A stretch of 63,728 nucleotides of DNA, filler included, from Octopus bimaculoides (taxonomy: Eukaryota), in NCBI RefSeq assembly GCF_001194135.2. It is 4 parts of 3 records of this genome, joined end to end, with 100 filler letters (N's around TTAATTAATTAA, not from the genome) between each part and the next. Parts side by side here need not be neighbours in the genome. Positions count along the whole stretch, not along the records: positions 1 to 24,272 come from NC_068987.1; 3 more parts are not named here. One strand, written 5' to 3'. Within the stretch, counting starts at the first letter, position 1. Every line of letters begins with the position of its first letter. Both the position numbers and the translations under genes were made by a program. This document shows, in pieces, positions 11,330-21,960 of the stretch. The notes beneath the pieces were generated by a model, which searched no databases, was not told the DNA's origin, and saw only the letters and a program-made list of their open reading frames with translations.

Positions 11330-13987
11330 TATTGATCTTACTTAACGAATCTGCTTTGGCCTTGAGAGCTCTTTCCCATACATTTATGCATGAAATTTCT
11401 CACAACCAAACACAACTGCAAATAGCTTTCTTTCTATGTTTGCATATCTTAACTCAGCATCAGTCAGTCTTTTGTTAAGAAAAGCAACAATCTTGGCACC
11501 ATTGATTAGTGTTGCACCTAGGCCTAACATGCTTGAATCTACCTGGATCACAGTCTTTGCATTAGGTTTGAAATAAGTTAAGTAGATGTTTTTATGAACA
11601 CAAGCTTTCAATTTTTCTAAAGCTTTTTTCATGTGTATTATTCCATTGCCATTCAGTGTCTTCCTTGAGTAGTGATCTCAGTGGAGCTGTTCTAAAACTA
11701 AGTTCTGGTATGTAAGGGTTCAGTTATTGGATCATACCCAGAAATTGCTGAAATTCTTCATGTTTTGTAGGTATGGACTTTGGTTTGATTTTGTCGCATT
11801 TTTTCTGGATCTGGGTGAGAGCCATTTTTATCCCAGATAAGACCATGAAATTTGATCTGTTTTTATCTTATTGGACACTTGTCTTTGTTGAAAACTCGAC
11901 CATATCTTCTGGCTGTATCCATTATCCTTATGTTCTTATCATGCTCTTGAATTGTTTTGCCATGCATGCAAATATCATCAGACATACCAATGGCTTCTGT
12001 GCAGTCTTCTAGTATTTGGCCATGAGACATCTTGAGTTCAAAGGACACTTTAAGTATCTGTATCTAGCAAAAAGTGTATTGAAGTAGGAAAGCAAACTTG
12101 ATTCCTTATCAAGATGTATTGCCCAGTATCCATATTCTGCATCTAATTTTGTGAAATATTTAGCATCAGCTAAACATTTGGAAATTTCCTCAAGAGTTGA
12201 TGTCTTGAGGTAAGTTCTTTTAATTCACTAGTTTGGGACCTAAGCATATGCATTTTTCTTTCTGCTAAATGTAATTAATCTTTTGATTCATTTACTTTTG
12301 AAACCACACCAATATCTTCCCTTTTGTCTAATTTTTTTCTTCATTTTATCTTTCAAGTGCACTGGATATTTTCTTGGAGATTGTATCACTGGTGTTGCAT
12401 TTTCTACAATGTGTATTTTCTGTTTCTCTGGGAATTTTCCAATACCCTAAAGTATGTCAGGATATTTACTTTCAAGGTCTTCTATCCTTTGCATTATTAT
12501 TATTATTTTTTTTTTTGGTATCTGATGATATAATACTACAGGTGATTTGCACCAAACCCAACTTCATACAAGGTCCTGGATCATTGTCACACAAAAAGTT
12601 TGGCTCATATGGTATCAAAATTTTTGTCTAATGCTGAGGACTGCTGAACCATATTATGGTATTCTGGTGTCATTCACTCTCCATAGGGTAGTTTGATCTC
12701 TTTGGAGACTTACTGATTTGCCCAGTATTTTTTTATCAATATTTTGGGGGTACATCTGTTTATTTAATCTGAGTGGTAATATGTTTTCATTGACTCTAGT
12801 GACTATTTTCATTTTTATTTTGTACTTTCACAGGAGTCTATGATAAAAAATATTTCCTTACTGTTACTGTTACTAAGACATTTGTTTTCTTTGTTTTCCA
12901 TAGGGTATAAATACAAGTCATCTTGATTTGAATCATATTCTGATTTGTAAGTGGTATTCTTTATTTTGTTTTCTGTGCCAGCATGGGCTTTGTTTTTTGA
13001 TCATGTATGAGTTTTGATTTTTGCACCTATGTGGACTGGGGTTTCAGTTACAGTATGTAGTTGCTTTTGTATGGCAAAATTTTTCAGAATGGTGTAGTCT
13101 ATGGCATTTTCTGCATTCTCTTTTGAATGCATAACAGTCTTCTTTTTTTTCTGTGAACATTTCCACATCTTCCACACTGTCTGGTATTTTTCATTGTTAC
13201 TTCATGACATGTATCTGTTTTTCTTTCACTGGCATCATTATAAGCTGTACTGTGTTTCATCATAGGTTCATATGTCCTTATGCTTTCAACTTCAGTCCTT
13301 TTATTGTTTGTTAAAAGATTCATGCCTCCTTATTTGTGCCAAAGTCACATCTATCTAATTTTGATTTAAGCTTAACTAAATATTTGTCAGTTGACTCTTC
13401 AATTTGTTGCATTGACGAGAACTCTAATCATTCAACCCATTTGTTTGATTCTTGTATCAAATGAGCTTCAAAAATTCTGAATACATTTGCTGATGTTTCT
13501 TGGGCTAATGCTAAGTAAAACATAGTTGTGTTTCAGTTTTTCTTCTATTTTGTTTAAAGTGAAGTAAGAGCTCATAAAATTGACTCATTCGTTACAAGCC
13601 TTGCATTCGTTCTCATTTGACCAAATGAAACTTGGTGACAGGATTATTGATACCATCATCTTTGATACTTGCTGTTTGATCCAGCTCACTTGGATATGTT
13701 TGAAAAAAAAAAAAAGAAGATAAATTTTAACTCCTTTACCATATTGTAATCACCTTAGCAATTGCTTGCAATTTTCTTTTTTGTAGTCATTAAGTTCTCT
13801 GGCATATTGCTGTCTTGCTGCTACCATGGTGTGCCGTTGTTTTGCACAAATGTAACAGATTTTTAAATGTGTTACTTTATTTTGCCAACTTCGTTATCTC
13901 TTTTTTAATATTAAGTCATGTGGCACTTTTTTTAAGGTGTATTCAAAGGGACATAATTTATAAAATATCAAATCAAAATATGTTACA
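11330..13987 (-). mobile_element. Ty3/Gypsy LTR retrotransposon remnant (5' LTR 13827-13987, PBS, gag, RT, RNase H; 3' part missing)
   Basis: LTR begins TGTAACA on the minus strand and ends ...CACCA, followed directly by the PBS-like TGGTAGCAGC (13826-13817). RT fragment AIGMSDDICMHG; RNase H IQVDSSMLGLGATL...RYANIERKLFAVVFGCEKFH. RT lies upstream of RNase H. Confidence 0.8.
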
Positions 13988-14539
13988 ACCCTCTTTACAG
14001 TGCTTTCAGTTATCTCTTTCCTACTTCTTCTGAGCTACATCTTAGGTTCACCCTACCTCGCCTTTAATACCATTCTTTTCTGCTACCATTCCCAATATTT
14101 TCTCATATCTGCCATTGATGCCCCTTGTGCCATTGTCACCTCACAGACTATAGCCACCCTTATGTACCTCTAACTTCTATTTCTGTCACTGTTCTTCATG
14201 CTTCCTTCATCTCCCACTCACACAACCTGCACATCATCTACTTTCTGATCTACCTGCAGATTTAAGATACTCTTGCTCTCAACACCTCTTATGCTACTGT
14301 TTGTCGCCGCCTCCTTCCTGAGCCTCTTCTAGATCTCTTACCTTCCCTCCATACTGATATTTACCATTAACCACACCGCCACCCTTACATATGTATGTAT
14401 GTGCATGTACATTTGACTATAAATCTGTGATAAAGACAAAGGAGATTTGTGTGTTATTACTTTCAATTTAGTACTACTTTGAAGTCACTTCTGTTAATTT
14501 TCTTCCTTTTGTTTTTGTATTTAACTTTCACACTTTTTT

Positions 14540-14991
14540 TTGTGTACTCTAGTACACAACCCGAACTGTCCTTGTAGATGTATACATAAAAATTTATCAG
14601 GAATATTTCAACTAAATTAGAAATCTTAATTTTTTGGGTGTTGTCACAAATGTGAGTCTGCACTATTAGGCCCGCTTAAGTCGTTATAAACGACTTAAAT
14701 ATTTCCTTAAAATTTCATACAGAATTTATTAAAGTATGTTTCTCTATATTAAACAAGAATGAAAATATTTCAAAAGTATAGGAAAAACTTCGTGATTTCG
14801 TCTGAATTTTGTTATATTTCCTGTATATATATATAATGTGAAAAAATTGCTTGGACAAATGGTCTAAATTAATATTTCTTAATGATATAAAATTAAAACA
14901 AGACTCTTCCTCTTTTTTTTTTTCTATCCTGTGTGATTAAAATACTACTTATTGGATGTTGTTATTTTTCATGACATAAGCGATGTAAATA
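14540..14991 (+). promoter_or_regulatory. Probable BLOC1S2 promoter/5' UTR region
   Basis: Immediately upstream of the inferred ATG. It retains CpGs (CCCGAAC, GTCGTTATAAACGAC, TTCGTGATTTCGTC) within otherwise CpG-decayed DNA. The TSS cannot be placed. Confidence 0.4.
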
Positions 14992-15073
14992 ATGGCAGGC
15001 CATGAAAGTATGAAGAGTAAAAAGGACCAAGAAAATCGCATGAAAAACGAAGACGAAGCTAGCAGGATGGAAG
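14992..15073 (+). CDS. BLOC1S2: BLOC-1 subunit 2, probable coding exon 1 (MAGHESMKSKKDQENRMKNEDEASRME + G)
   Basis: ATG at 14992, open to the donor GAAG|GTTATG. Its phase 1 matches the exon 2 acceptor (G+AT = Asp). The sequence itself is not conserved enough to recognise, so the call rests on phase and position. Confidence 0.65.
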
Positions 15074-16264
15074 GTTATGTCACTATTACTATTATTTCTT
15101 GTATTTCAGTATATTATTTATGTTTTCTGAAGATTTGAACACTGAATATAGAAACAGCTAACGGTTTTGATAGAAAGCTGTCAGAGGTGGAGCTATGTTT
15201 TAAGTCGGCCTTCTATTTAATCCTCGCCGTTGGAGAAAAAGAAAAAAAAGCCAATTAATATTTGATATTTAATTGTGAACATTTTTAAAATTTAAAACTT
15301 ATTATTTTACATTAAAAAAGTATACACATCTATTCATACACACAAGCTTTCATATACGTCTACACATTTGTGCACACACACACACACACACATATATTGT
15401 CCAATGTACGAATCTTTGGTGTTGCACCTTATATATCTCATACTAAACATTTTATCTGCTTGGTTTTCGTCATGCAAGCATCACTCAAATTCACCACTTT
15501 GTCCTCGTCAGTATTCACTAATCTCTAACCTGTAATAAGCTACGGGCACTGATCCTCTTCACACGAATAACATTCATTTGAAGGGCTATTTATCAATCTA
15601 TACTCATTAAAAAGATACTGCGTTCATCCTTATCATATGGATGTACGTCGTTTCTTCTTTAATTTTTATGTAAGGGTGTTCTTAATTTGTCATAATTTCT
15701 AATTTTGAGTCGGACACATTACAGAATGCTAATGTTACACACACACTTCTCCGTGTCGGATATCTCAGAAACTACAAAGATGTGGTAGCTTTTAATTATC
15801 ACAAAAAGTGGCCCAAAGAGATCATTTCGGGTTAGAGTTCCAGTTCTGCATTCATATGTAATGATTGATGCCTCTTTATTCTGGCCTCATTAGTTGTGAC
15901 ATATCCTAAATTTATCATATCCCCCAAATTCATGTTTGTCACGTTATAGTAGGAATAGATTAACCGTGGGTATTGTTTTGGGAACTCATCCCCATCTCTG
16001 ATATGAACTCCTCACTCTTCAGTTGAATCTAGCCCTAAATCACTCTGATCAAGCAAACCTGTGATCAAAGCATGTCAGTCATGATTCTTCTTTTTTTTTT
16101 TTATATAGTGTATGTAAAACTGCCTTATACAACGTGTCCTTTCTTTTTAAAACTCATGACTTAAAAATGCATTGCAGGCAACTATTTTTTTACTCTTACT
16201 GCATACAAGAGTGTCAGCAGAAGGAAAGACATCTATCCAATTATTAATAAAAAGAATTCATCCT

Positions 16265-16460
16265 TTGACGCCCATGTTTCACGCTAGCATGGGTTGGAAG
16301 TTTTGATAGAATCAAGGATTCAAGGACTGCATCATGCTCCAATGTATGCTTTAGCATAATTTCTAAGACTGGATGCCCTTCTTAATACCAACCACTTAAA
16401 AGAGTGTACTGGGTACTTTTATCGTTGCACTTGCAGTAGTGAGGTTGCCAAGTAACTCAC
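16265..16460 (-). mobile_element. Degenerate short element carrying the RTE 3' tail (intron 1)
   Basis: GCTAGCATGGGTTGG and CTGGATGCCCTTCTTAATACCAACCAC match the RTE tail. Confidence 0.7.
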
Positions 16461-16747
16461 AAAACTAAGATCCTCTTCAACTGAGAGTGGCTACAGTTGA
16501 GAGTTAGTCAACTTTATGCTTGGAGATGCTTTATCTCTAAGTGTGAAGCTGTCTCCTTGTTAAAGTATGAGAGAAAGGGCCAGAATGGTGCAGGTTTTAT
16601 GCTGTAGAAGAGCTACATGGAGGATCAGGTTTCTTGCTGAAGAAGAGCTACATGGAATGTTGTTCAATAGATAATTTTTATGAAATAGGCTTGTCAAATG
16701 TTGACATTTTTTTTTGTTTCTTGACTGTCTAATATCCTTCATTTCAG

Positions 16748-16864
16748 ATAGCAACAAGGTAGAGGACCTGTCAGAATCAAAAGATGAACCGCCAGCTGAT
16801 GTAGTGCGCCTCTGCCAGGAAACTATGAGTAAAACTGCAATCTATTTGAGGGGTGAACTTGAAG
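16748..16864 (+). CDS. BLOC1S2: BLOC-1 subunit 2, coding exon 2 (DSNKVEDLSESKDEPPADVVRLCQETMSKTAIYLRGELE)
   Basis: Acceptor TTCATTTCAG|AT and donor GAAG|GTACAG; 117 nt, phase 1-1. Resembles human BLOC1S2 ADITELCRDMFSKMATYLTGEL. Confidence 0.92.
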
Positions 16865-16944
16865 GTACAGTTTGTGCACATATGATTGTTTATCTTGTAA
16901 GTTGTCCGATAGATGGTATGTCTGATTAATTTGACCTTTTGAAA

Positions 16945-17196
16945 ATAGGCATGGCAGTGTTGTTAGGAAGGGCATCCAGCTGTAAAAACCTTGCCAAAAC
17001 TGACCTCGCCTGTGCTTGTGCCACGTAAAAAGCACCAAGTCCACTTTGCTGAGTAGTTGGTATTAGGAAGGGCATCCAGCTGTAAAAATCTGCTAAAACA
17101 GTCGCAGAAGTCTGGTGCAGGCTTCTGCCTTGCTGGCTTTTGTGAAACCATCCCACCCATGCTAGCATGGAAGGCAGATGTTAAACAATGATGATG
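16945..17196 (+). mobile_element. Short element carrying the RTE 3' tail (intron 2)
   Basis: TTAGGAAGGGCATCCAGCTGTAAAAA occurs twice. Ends CCCATGCTAGCATGGAAGGCAGATGTTAAACAATGATGATGAT. Confidence 0.8.
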
Positions 17197-18885
17197 ATAT
17201 ATATGTATGTGTATATATATATCATAGTATCAAACAGACTATTGGATACATCACTGGTCACAGTGCTTCTTTGTAGCTTTTGAATGATACCACTTCACTA
17301 ACCAAGCAAGTAGATCGCGCACACACACATATATGTATGTATGTACGTGTTGGTGTGTACTCTTGTCTAGATATCATGTATCCAAGTAAGGTATTTCATT
17401 TCCAGTCTTCAGTGAAAAACATGTCTGGAAAAATGTTGCTCGGAAACAAGTAAATGTTGGCAACAAGAAATGTATCTGGCGATAGAAAATCTGCCTCAAC
17501 AAATTCTGTCTGATTTATGCAAGCATAAAAAAGTGGACATTAAATGATGATGCTGCTGCTGCTGATGATGATAACATTGATTATATGAAAAGAATAAACT
17601 TAGCAATCAACAAAGCAGTTATTAATGATAGGTACAGACAATGTGAGGGGCCTATAGTAGTCATGTATTATTGCAAAATTTAAGTGAATGTAACTTGCAA
17701 ATTTGTAAGAGCAAAAGAATAGAAGTTTTTTCATTAAGAAAATGTATTTGATTGTTATTGCTGTTGTGCAAGTTCTGGTTGACTGATTGAACAATTGTAT
17801 AGCTTATACTGTATGTAATCAAAACAACTAATTGAGTACAACTCAGTGTATTCATTACTCCAGATACACCTCATGTCCATCTGCTTGCAGGCTGTACTGC
17901 ACAGCCCCTTTATTCATATTTTAACCTCTCATTCCTCAGTATAAAGCTAGCCCCCTCTCCATTATAGAACCACTCAGTTCAAAGGGAATCTTAGTCTTGT
18001 GAGCTACATTTTGACCTTACTAGTGTTGGTGCCATGAAAAGAGCACTCAGTAAACACTATAAAGTAGCTGGTATTAGGAAGAACATCCAGCCATAGAAAT
18101 CATGCCAAAGCAAACATTGAAGCATGATGCAATCCTTGGACCCATCAGATCCTCTCAGATCTGCCAACAATACCAGTATGGAAGATAGATGTTAAGAGAT
18201 GATAATGGTGCAGTATGGCAGTAGTTCTAGCTTTGATCCCACAGCTCAGCACTTTGAGTAAGTGCCTTTTATCACACCTGATCAATGCAATCCATGTGCG
18301 TGAAGTTGGGTAGATATAAGCTGCAGAAACCTGTTGAATGGGCTAGGTTTGTCTTTGAGTGGTAAACTCAGTCATCAGGTTAAACACTTGATCTTGGATG
18401 CCTTTAGTGGGGTCCATTCTGTTACAAGTATTTAAATTAGATCTCTAATCTGATTTTAATTTGATATCTTGTGCTGCTTTTTATTAAGGTTTTTTTCCTT
18501 TCGATGCTGCCAAATTTGAAGGCCCTGCCAAAAGGTCATTTCTGCCTTTCTTCCAGTGACTCTACCATCAAAATATAAAAAAAAAACCTGTTCCTCTAAT
18601 CCTACTGTTTGTTGATTAGTTTCATGTCAACCTTGATCAAAATGACCTATGGTTAAAGACATTCCAGCTGTGATCATCCTACCATTTATTCAGATATGAT
18701 TGAATATATTAAACTAGATTATTATTTAATGACTGCTTTGTTAAAGACAGTGGGGTATGATTTAATGGAATTTTGACTGCTGTTTCTAGAATCATAGTTT
18801 GAGTGATTGTGTAGCAGCCTAACACTGACACTATCTTATATGTTGACTATCAGTAAGAAATCCTGTGGAATGCACATTCACACAT

Positions 18886-19200
18886 ATCATCATTTAATGT
18901 CTGTTTTCCATGCTGGCATGCAGTGGACAGTCTGACAAACCAGAGGACTGTTGAGCTTCTGTGTTTGCTTTGATGTAATTTCTATAGTAGGATGCCCTTC
19001 CTAATGCTAGCCATTTTACAGAGAGTTCTAAGTGTTTTTTATGCCACTGACCCCTTAAATGAGTGTGGGTGTAGTATTGAGGGAGGTGGCTTTGTGCCAG
19101 ATGATGAAAGGTTAAAGTATGATAGAGGGACAGGAACAGGTGTCTTGCTGAAGAGAAAATACATGGCATTCTCAGCTGGGCAGAGGAAAAAGACAGTGAA
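18886..19200 (-). mobile_element. Short element carrying the RTE 3' tail (intron 2)
   Basis: CATCATTTAATGTCTGTTTTCCATGCTGGCATG and GGATGCCCTTCCTAATGCTA match the RTE tail, with CpG>TpG decay. Confidence 0.75.
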
Positions 19201-19420
19201 GGTATACCTCTAATATGTATATCAATTATATAAATGTGTAAATCAATTATGTGTGTGTGACAAAATATTACTGTATCAATTGATTTTTTTATCTATAGGA
19301 AGTCTCATGGAGTATCTTTAGTATAGGATTGCTGTGATTATCTGTAGTAACTGCTGAGCAATAAAAGCATATCTTTGCTTTATCCCTACTGTGATATATG
19401 TAGCGTTGTTTTATCTGTAG

Positions 19421-19540
19421 GGACTGCTGAGGAGTACAAACTTTTGGAGCAGATGAATCAAGTGTCGATCAATAAATATTCTGAGATGAAACATATTGCC
19501 ATGAATATCAGTCGTGCCATGGTTGAACTGGACGACAAAT
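19421..19540 (+). CDS. BLOC1S2: BLOC-1 subunit 2, coding exon 3 (GTAEEYKLLEQMNQVSINKYSEMKHIAMNISRAMVELDDK + T)
   Basis: Acceptor TTTTATCTGTAG|GG and donor AAAT|GTGAGT; 120 nt, phase 1-1. Resembles human TSEDYKLLENMNKLTSLKYLEMKDIAINISRNLKDLNQKY. Confidence 0.95.
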
Positions 19541-20167
19541 GTGAGTATCTGCCACATCCATTATCATGCTTCTTGTACAATTTGTATTTCTTCTGTTCAA
19601 AATGTCTTGCTTTGAAACATTTTTTTGCTTATCTATCACTCAATTTATTTGAATTACTCTGGTTGATCCTTGTTGTTGTCACCTTTGTCAACCTTGTATT
19701 AGTGTTTGTTTTACTGTGATGGTGTAGATTGGATGCGTCTGTTTTGCTGTCTACCAACTCTTGTCTCAGTCTGTTGTTGTCTTACCTGTGAGGCCCAATG
19801 TTGATCATTATCACCCTAAACACCATCATCATCACCACTACCATCGTCATCTTCATCATCATCATCATCATCATCATCACCACCACTACTACTGTGGTAG
19901 ATAGTATTATCAGTAGATCAAATCTCTTATGGTATTTAGTTATATCTTATGTTCTGTTAGAAGTGAAATTACCACTCAACCTCCAGGACCAGTAAAATAG
20001 GTTCTTGTCAAGAGCTTGGGACAATAATAAAATGTATCCTGCCCCTCCCCTACAAATCAGTTTCCTCCTGCCTGTGTTAGAAAACATTATTATCAACTTT
20101 ATGATGAAAGTAAACAAACAAAGTTTGTTCTTTTTTTTTTTTTAGAAGCGTTGAGATGTATTGTAAG

Positions 20168-20341
20168 AACAGAAATAAATTTATTTCTCAAACGTGTGAT
20201 CAGGATAAATTATCCATTTATTGCAGAAAAATACGCTACTGGCCAGCCAGTAGCGTATTTTTCTGCAATAAATGGATAATTTATCCTGATCATGCTATTT
20301 ATAGCATTATCACGCGTTTGAGAAATAAATTTATTTCTGTT
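20168..20341. repeat. Near-perfect 174-bp palindrome (fold-back element) in BLOC1S2 intron 3
   Basis: Axis ...TACGCTACTGGC-CA-GCCAGTAGCGTA.... Arms pair out to AACAGAAATAAATTTATTTCTCAAAC / GTTTGAGAAATAAATTTATTTCTGTT, with one ~19-nt bulge on the right arm. Confidence 0.92.
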
Positions 20342-20364
20342 ATTATTATTATCAATGTTAAGGG

Positions 20365-20556
20365 TAGTTGATGGCAGAATTGGTAAAACAATATTTGTTG
20401 ATAGTCACTTCATGTTCTGAGTTCAAATATTGCCATGGTTAAAACAACTTTTTATCTTTCTTGGGTAGATAAAATATGTCTCAGTCAATTACTGGGGTTC
20501 ATTTAATTGACTTCACCTATTTCTCAAAATGCGTGGCTTTGTGCCTAGAGTAGAAG
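20365..20556 (+). mobile_element. Degenerate tRNA-derived SINE (Nin/Deu-like core family)
   Basis: GTTCTGAGTTCAAAT B-box region and tail TTGTGCCTAGAGTAGAA, shared with 39617-39802. Confidence 0.7.
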
Positions 20557-20557
20557 T

Positions 20558-21863
20558 CATCATCATCATCGTTTAACGTCCGCTTTCCATGCTAGCATGG
20601 GTTGGACGATTTGACTGAGGACTGGCGAACCAGAAGGCTGCACCAGGCTCCAATCTAATCTGGCAGAGTTTCTACAGCTGGATGCTCTTCTTAATGCCAA
20701 CCACTACGAGAGTGTAGTAGGTGCTTTTACATGCCACCGGCACGAGGGCCAGTCAGGCAGTACTGGCAACAGCCATGCTCAAAATAGTGGTTTTTACGTG
20801 CCACCTGCACAGGAGCCAGTCCAGCGGCACTGGCAACGACTTCGCTCGAATGTTTTTTCACATGCCACCGGCACAAGTGCCAGTAAAGCGACGCTGGTAA
20901 CGATCATGCTCAAATGATGCTATTTACGTGCCACTGGCACAGAAGCCAGACAGCTGCTCTGGCAATGATCATGCTCGGATGGTGCTCTTAGCACTCTGTG
21001 CCAGTCATTGAATTTGGTTCAATCACGATTTCGATTTCACTTGGCCCAACAGGTCTTTGCAAGCCGAGTTTAGTGTCTAATGAAGGAGAGGTTGGTATGG
21101 GTGCCAGTCGTCAAATTTAGATCGATTTCATTTGCCTCAACAGGTCTTTGCAAACAGAGTTTAGTGTCCAGTGAAGGAAAGGTATGCATAAGTGGGCTGG
21201 CTACACCCCTGGCAGAGGCCTTGGATTATGGTCTTACTTGGCTTGCCGGGTCTTCTCACGCACTGCATATTTCCAAAAGTCTCAGTCACAAGTCATTGCC
21301 TCGGTGAGGCCTAATGTTCGAATATCGTGCTTCACCACCTCATCTCAGGTCTTCTTGGGTCTACCTCTCCACAGGTTCCCTCAACTGCTAGGGTGTGGCA
21401 CTTTTTCACACAGCTATCCTCATCCATTCTCGCCACATGACCATACCAGCACAATCGTCTCTCTTGCACACCACAACTGATGCTTCTTAGGTCCAACTTT
21501 TCTCTCAAGGTACTTACACTCTGTCGAGTATGCACACTGATATTACACATCCATCGGAGCATACTGGCTTCATTCCTTGCGAGCTTACGCATGTCCTCAG
21601 CAGTCACGGCCCGTGTTTCACTGCCATGTAGCATGGCTGTTTGTACACATGCATCATACAGTCTGCCTTTTACTCTGAGTGAGAGGCCCTTTGTCACCAG
21701 CAGAGGTAAGAGCTCTCTGAACTTTGCCCAGGCTATTCTTATTCTAGCAGCTACACTTTCAGCGCACCCTCCCCCGCTACTAACTTGGTCACCTAGATAA
21801 CGGAAGCTATCAACTATTTCTAGTTTTTCTGCTTGGAATGTGGCAGAAGTTGTTTTCTGCACA
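20558..21863 (-). mobile_element. RTE-clade LINE, 5'-truncated
   Basis: ORF 21332-21862 reads LEIVDSFRYLGD...AARIRIAWAKFRELLPLL...RRLCWYGHVARM. The 3' UTR and tail match 421-1180. Confidence 0.92.
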
Positions 21864-21960
21864 TTTTCAGTGTTTATTGCTCCTGAACATCTGCCACATA
21901 CAAAAACTATCTTCCTACATCATAGTTATTTATTAGGTGTAGGCATGGTTCTATGATTAA

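Noticed and set aside
19541-19719. Read-through of exon 3 into a hydrophobic tail (ORF 19375-19719)
   Set aside because: Similarity to BLOC1S2 ends exactly at the GTGAGT donor; the extension is T-rich intron.
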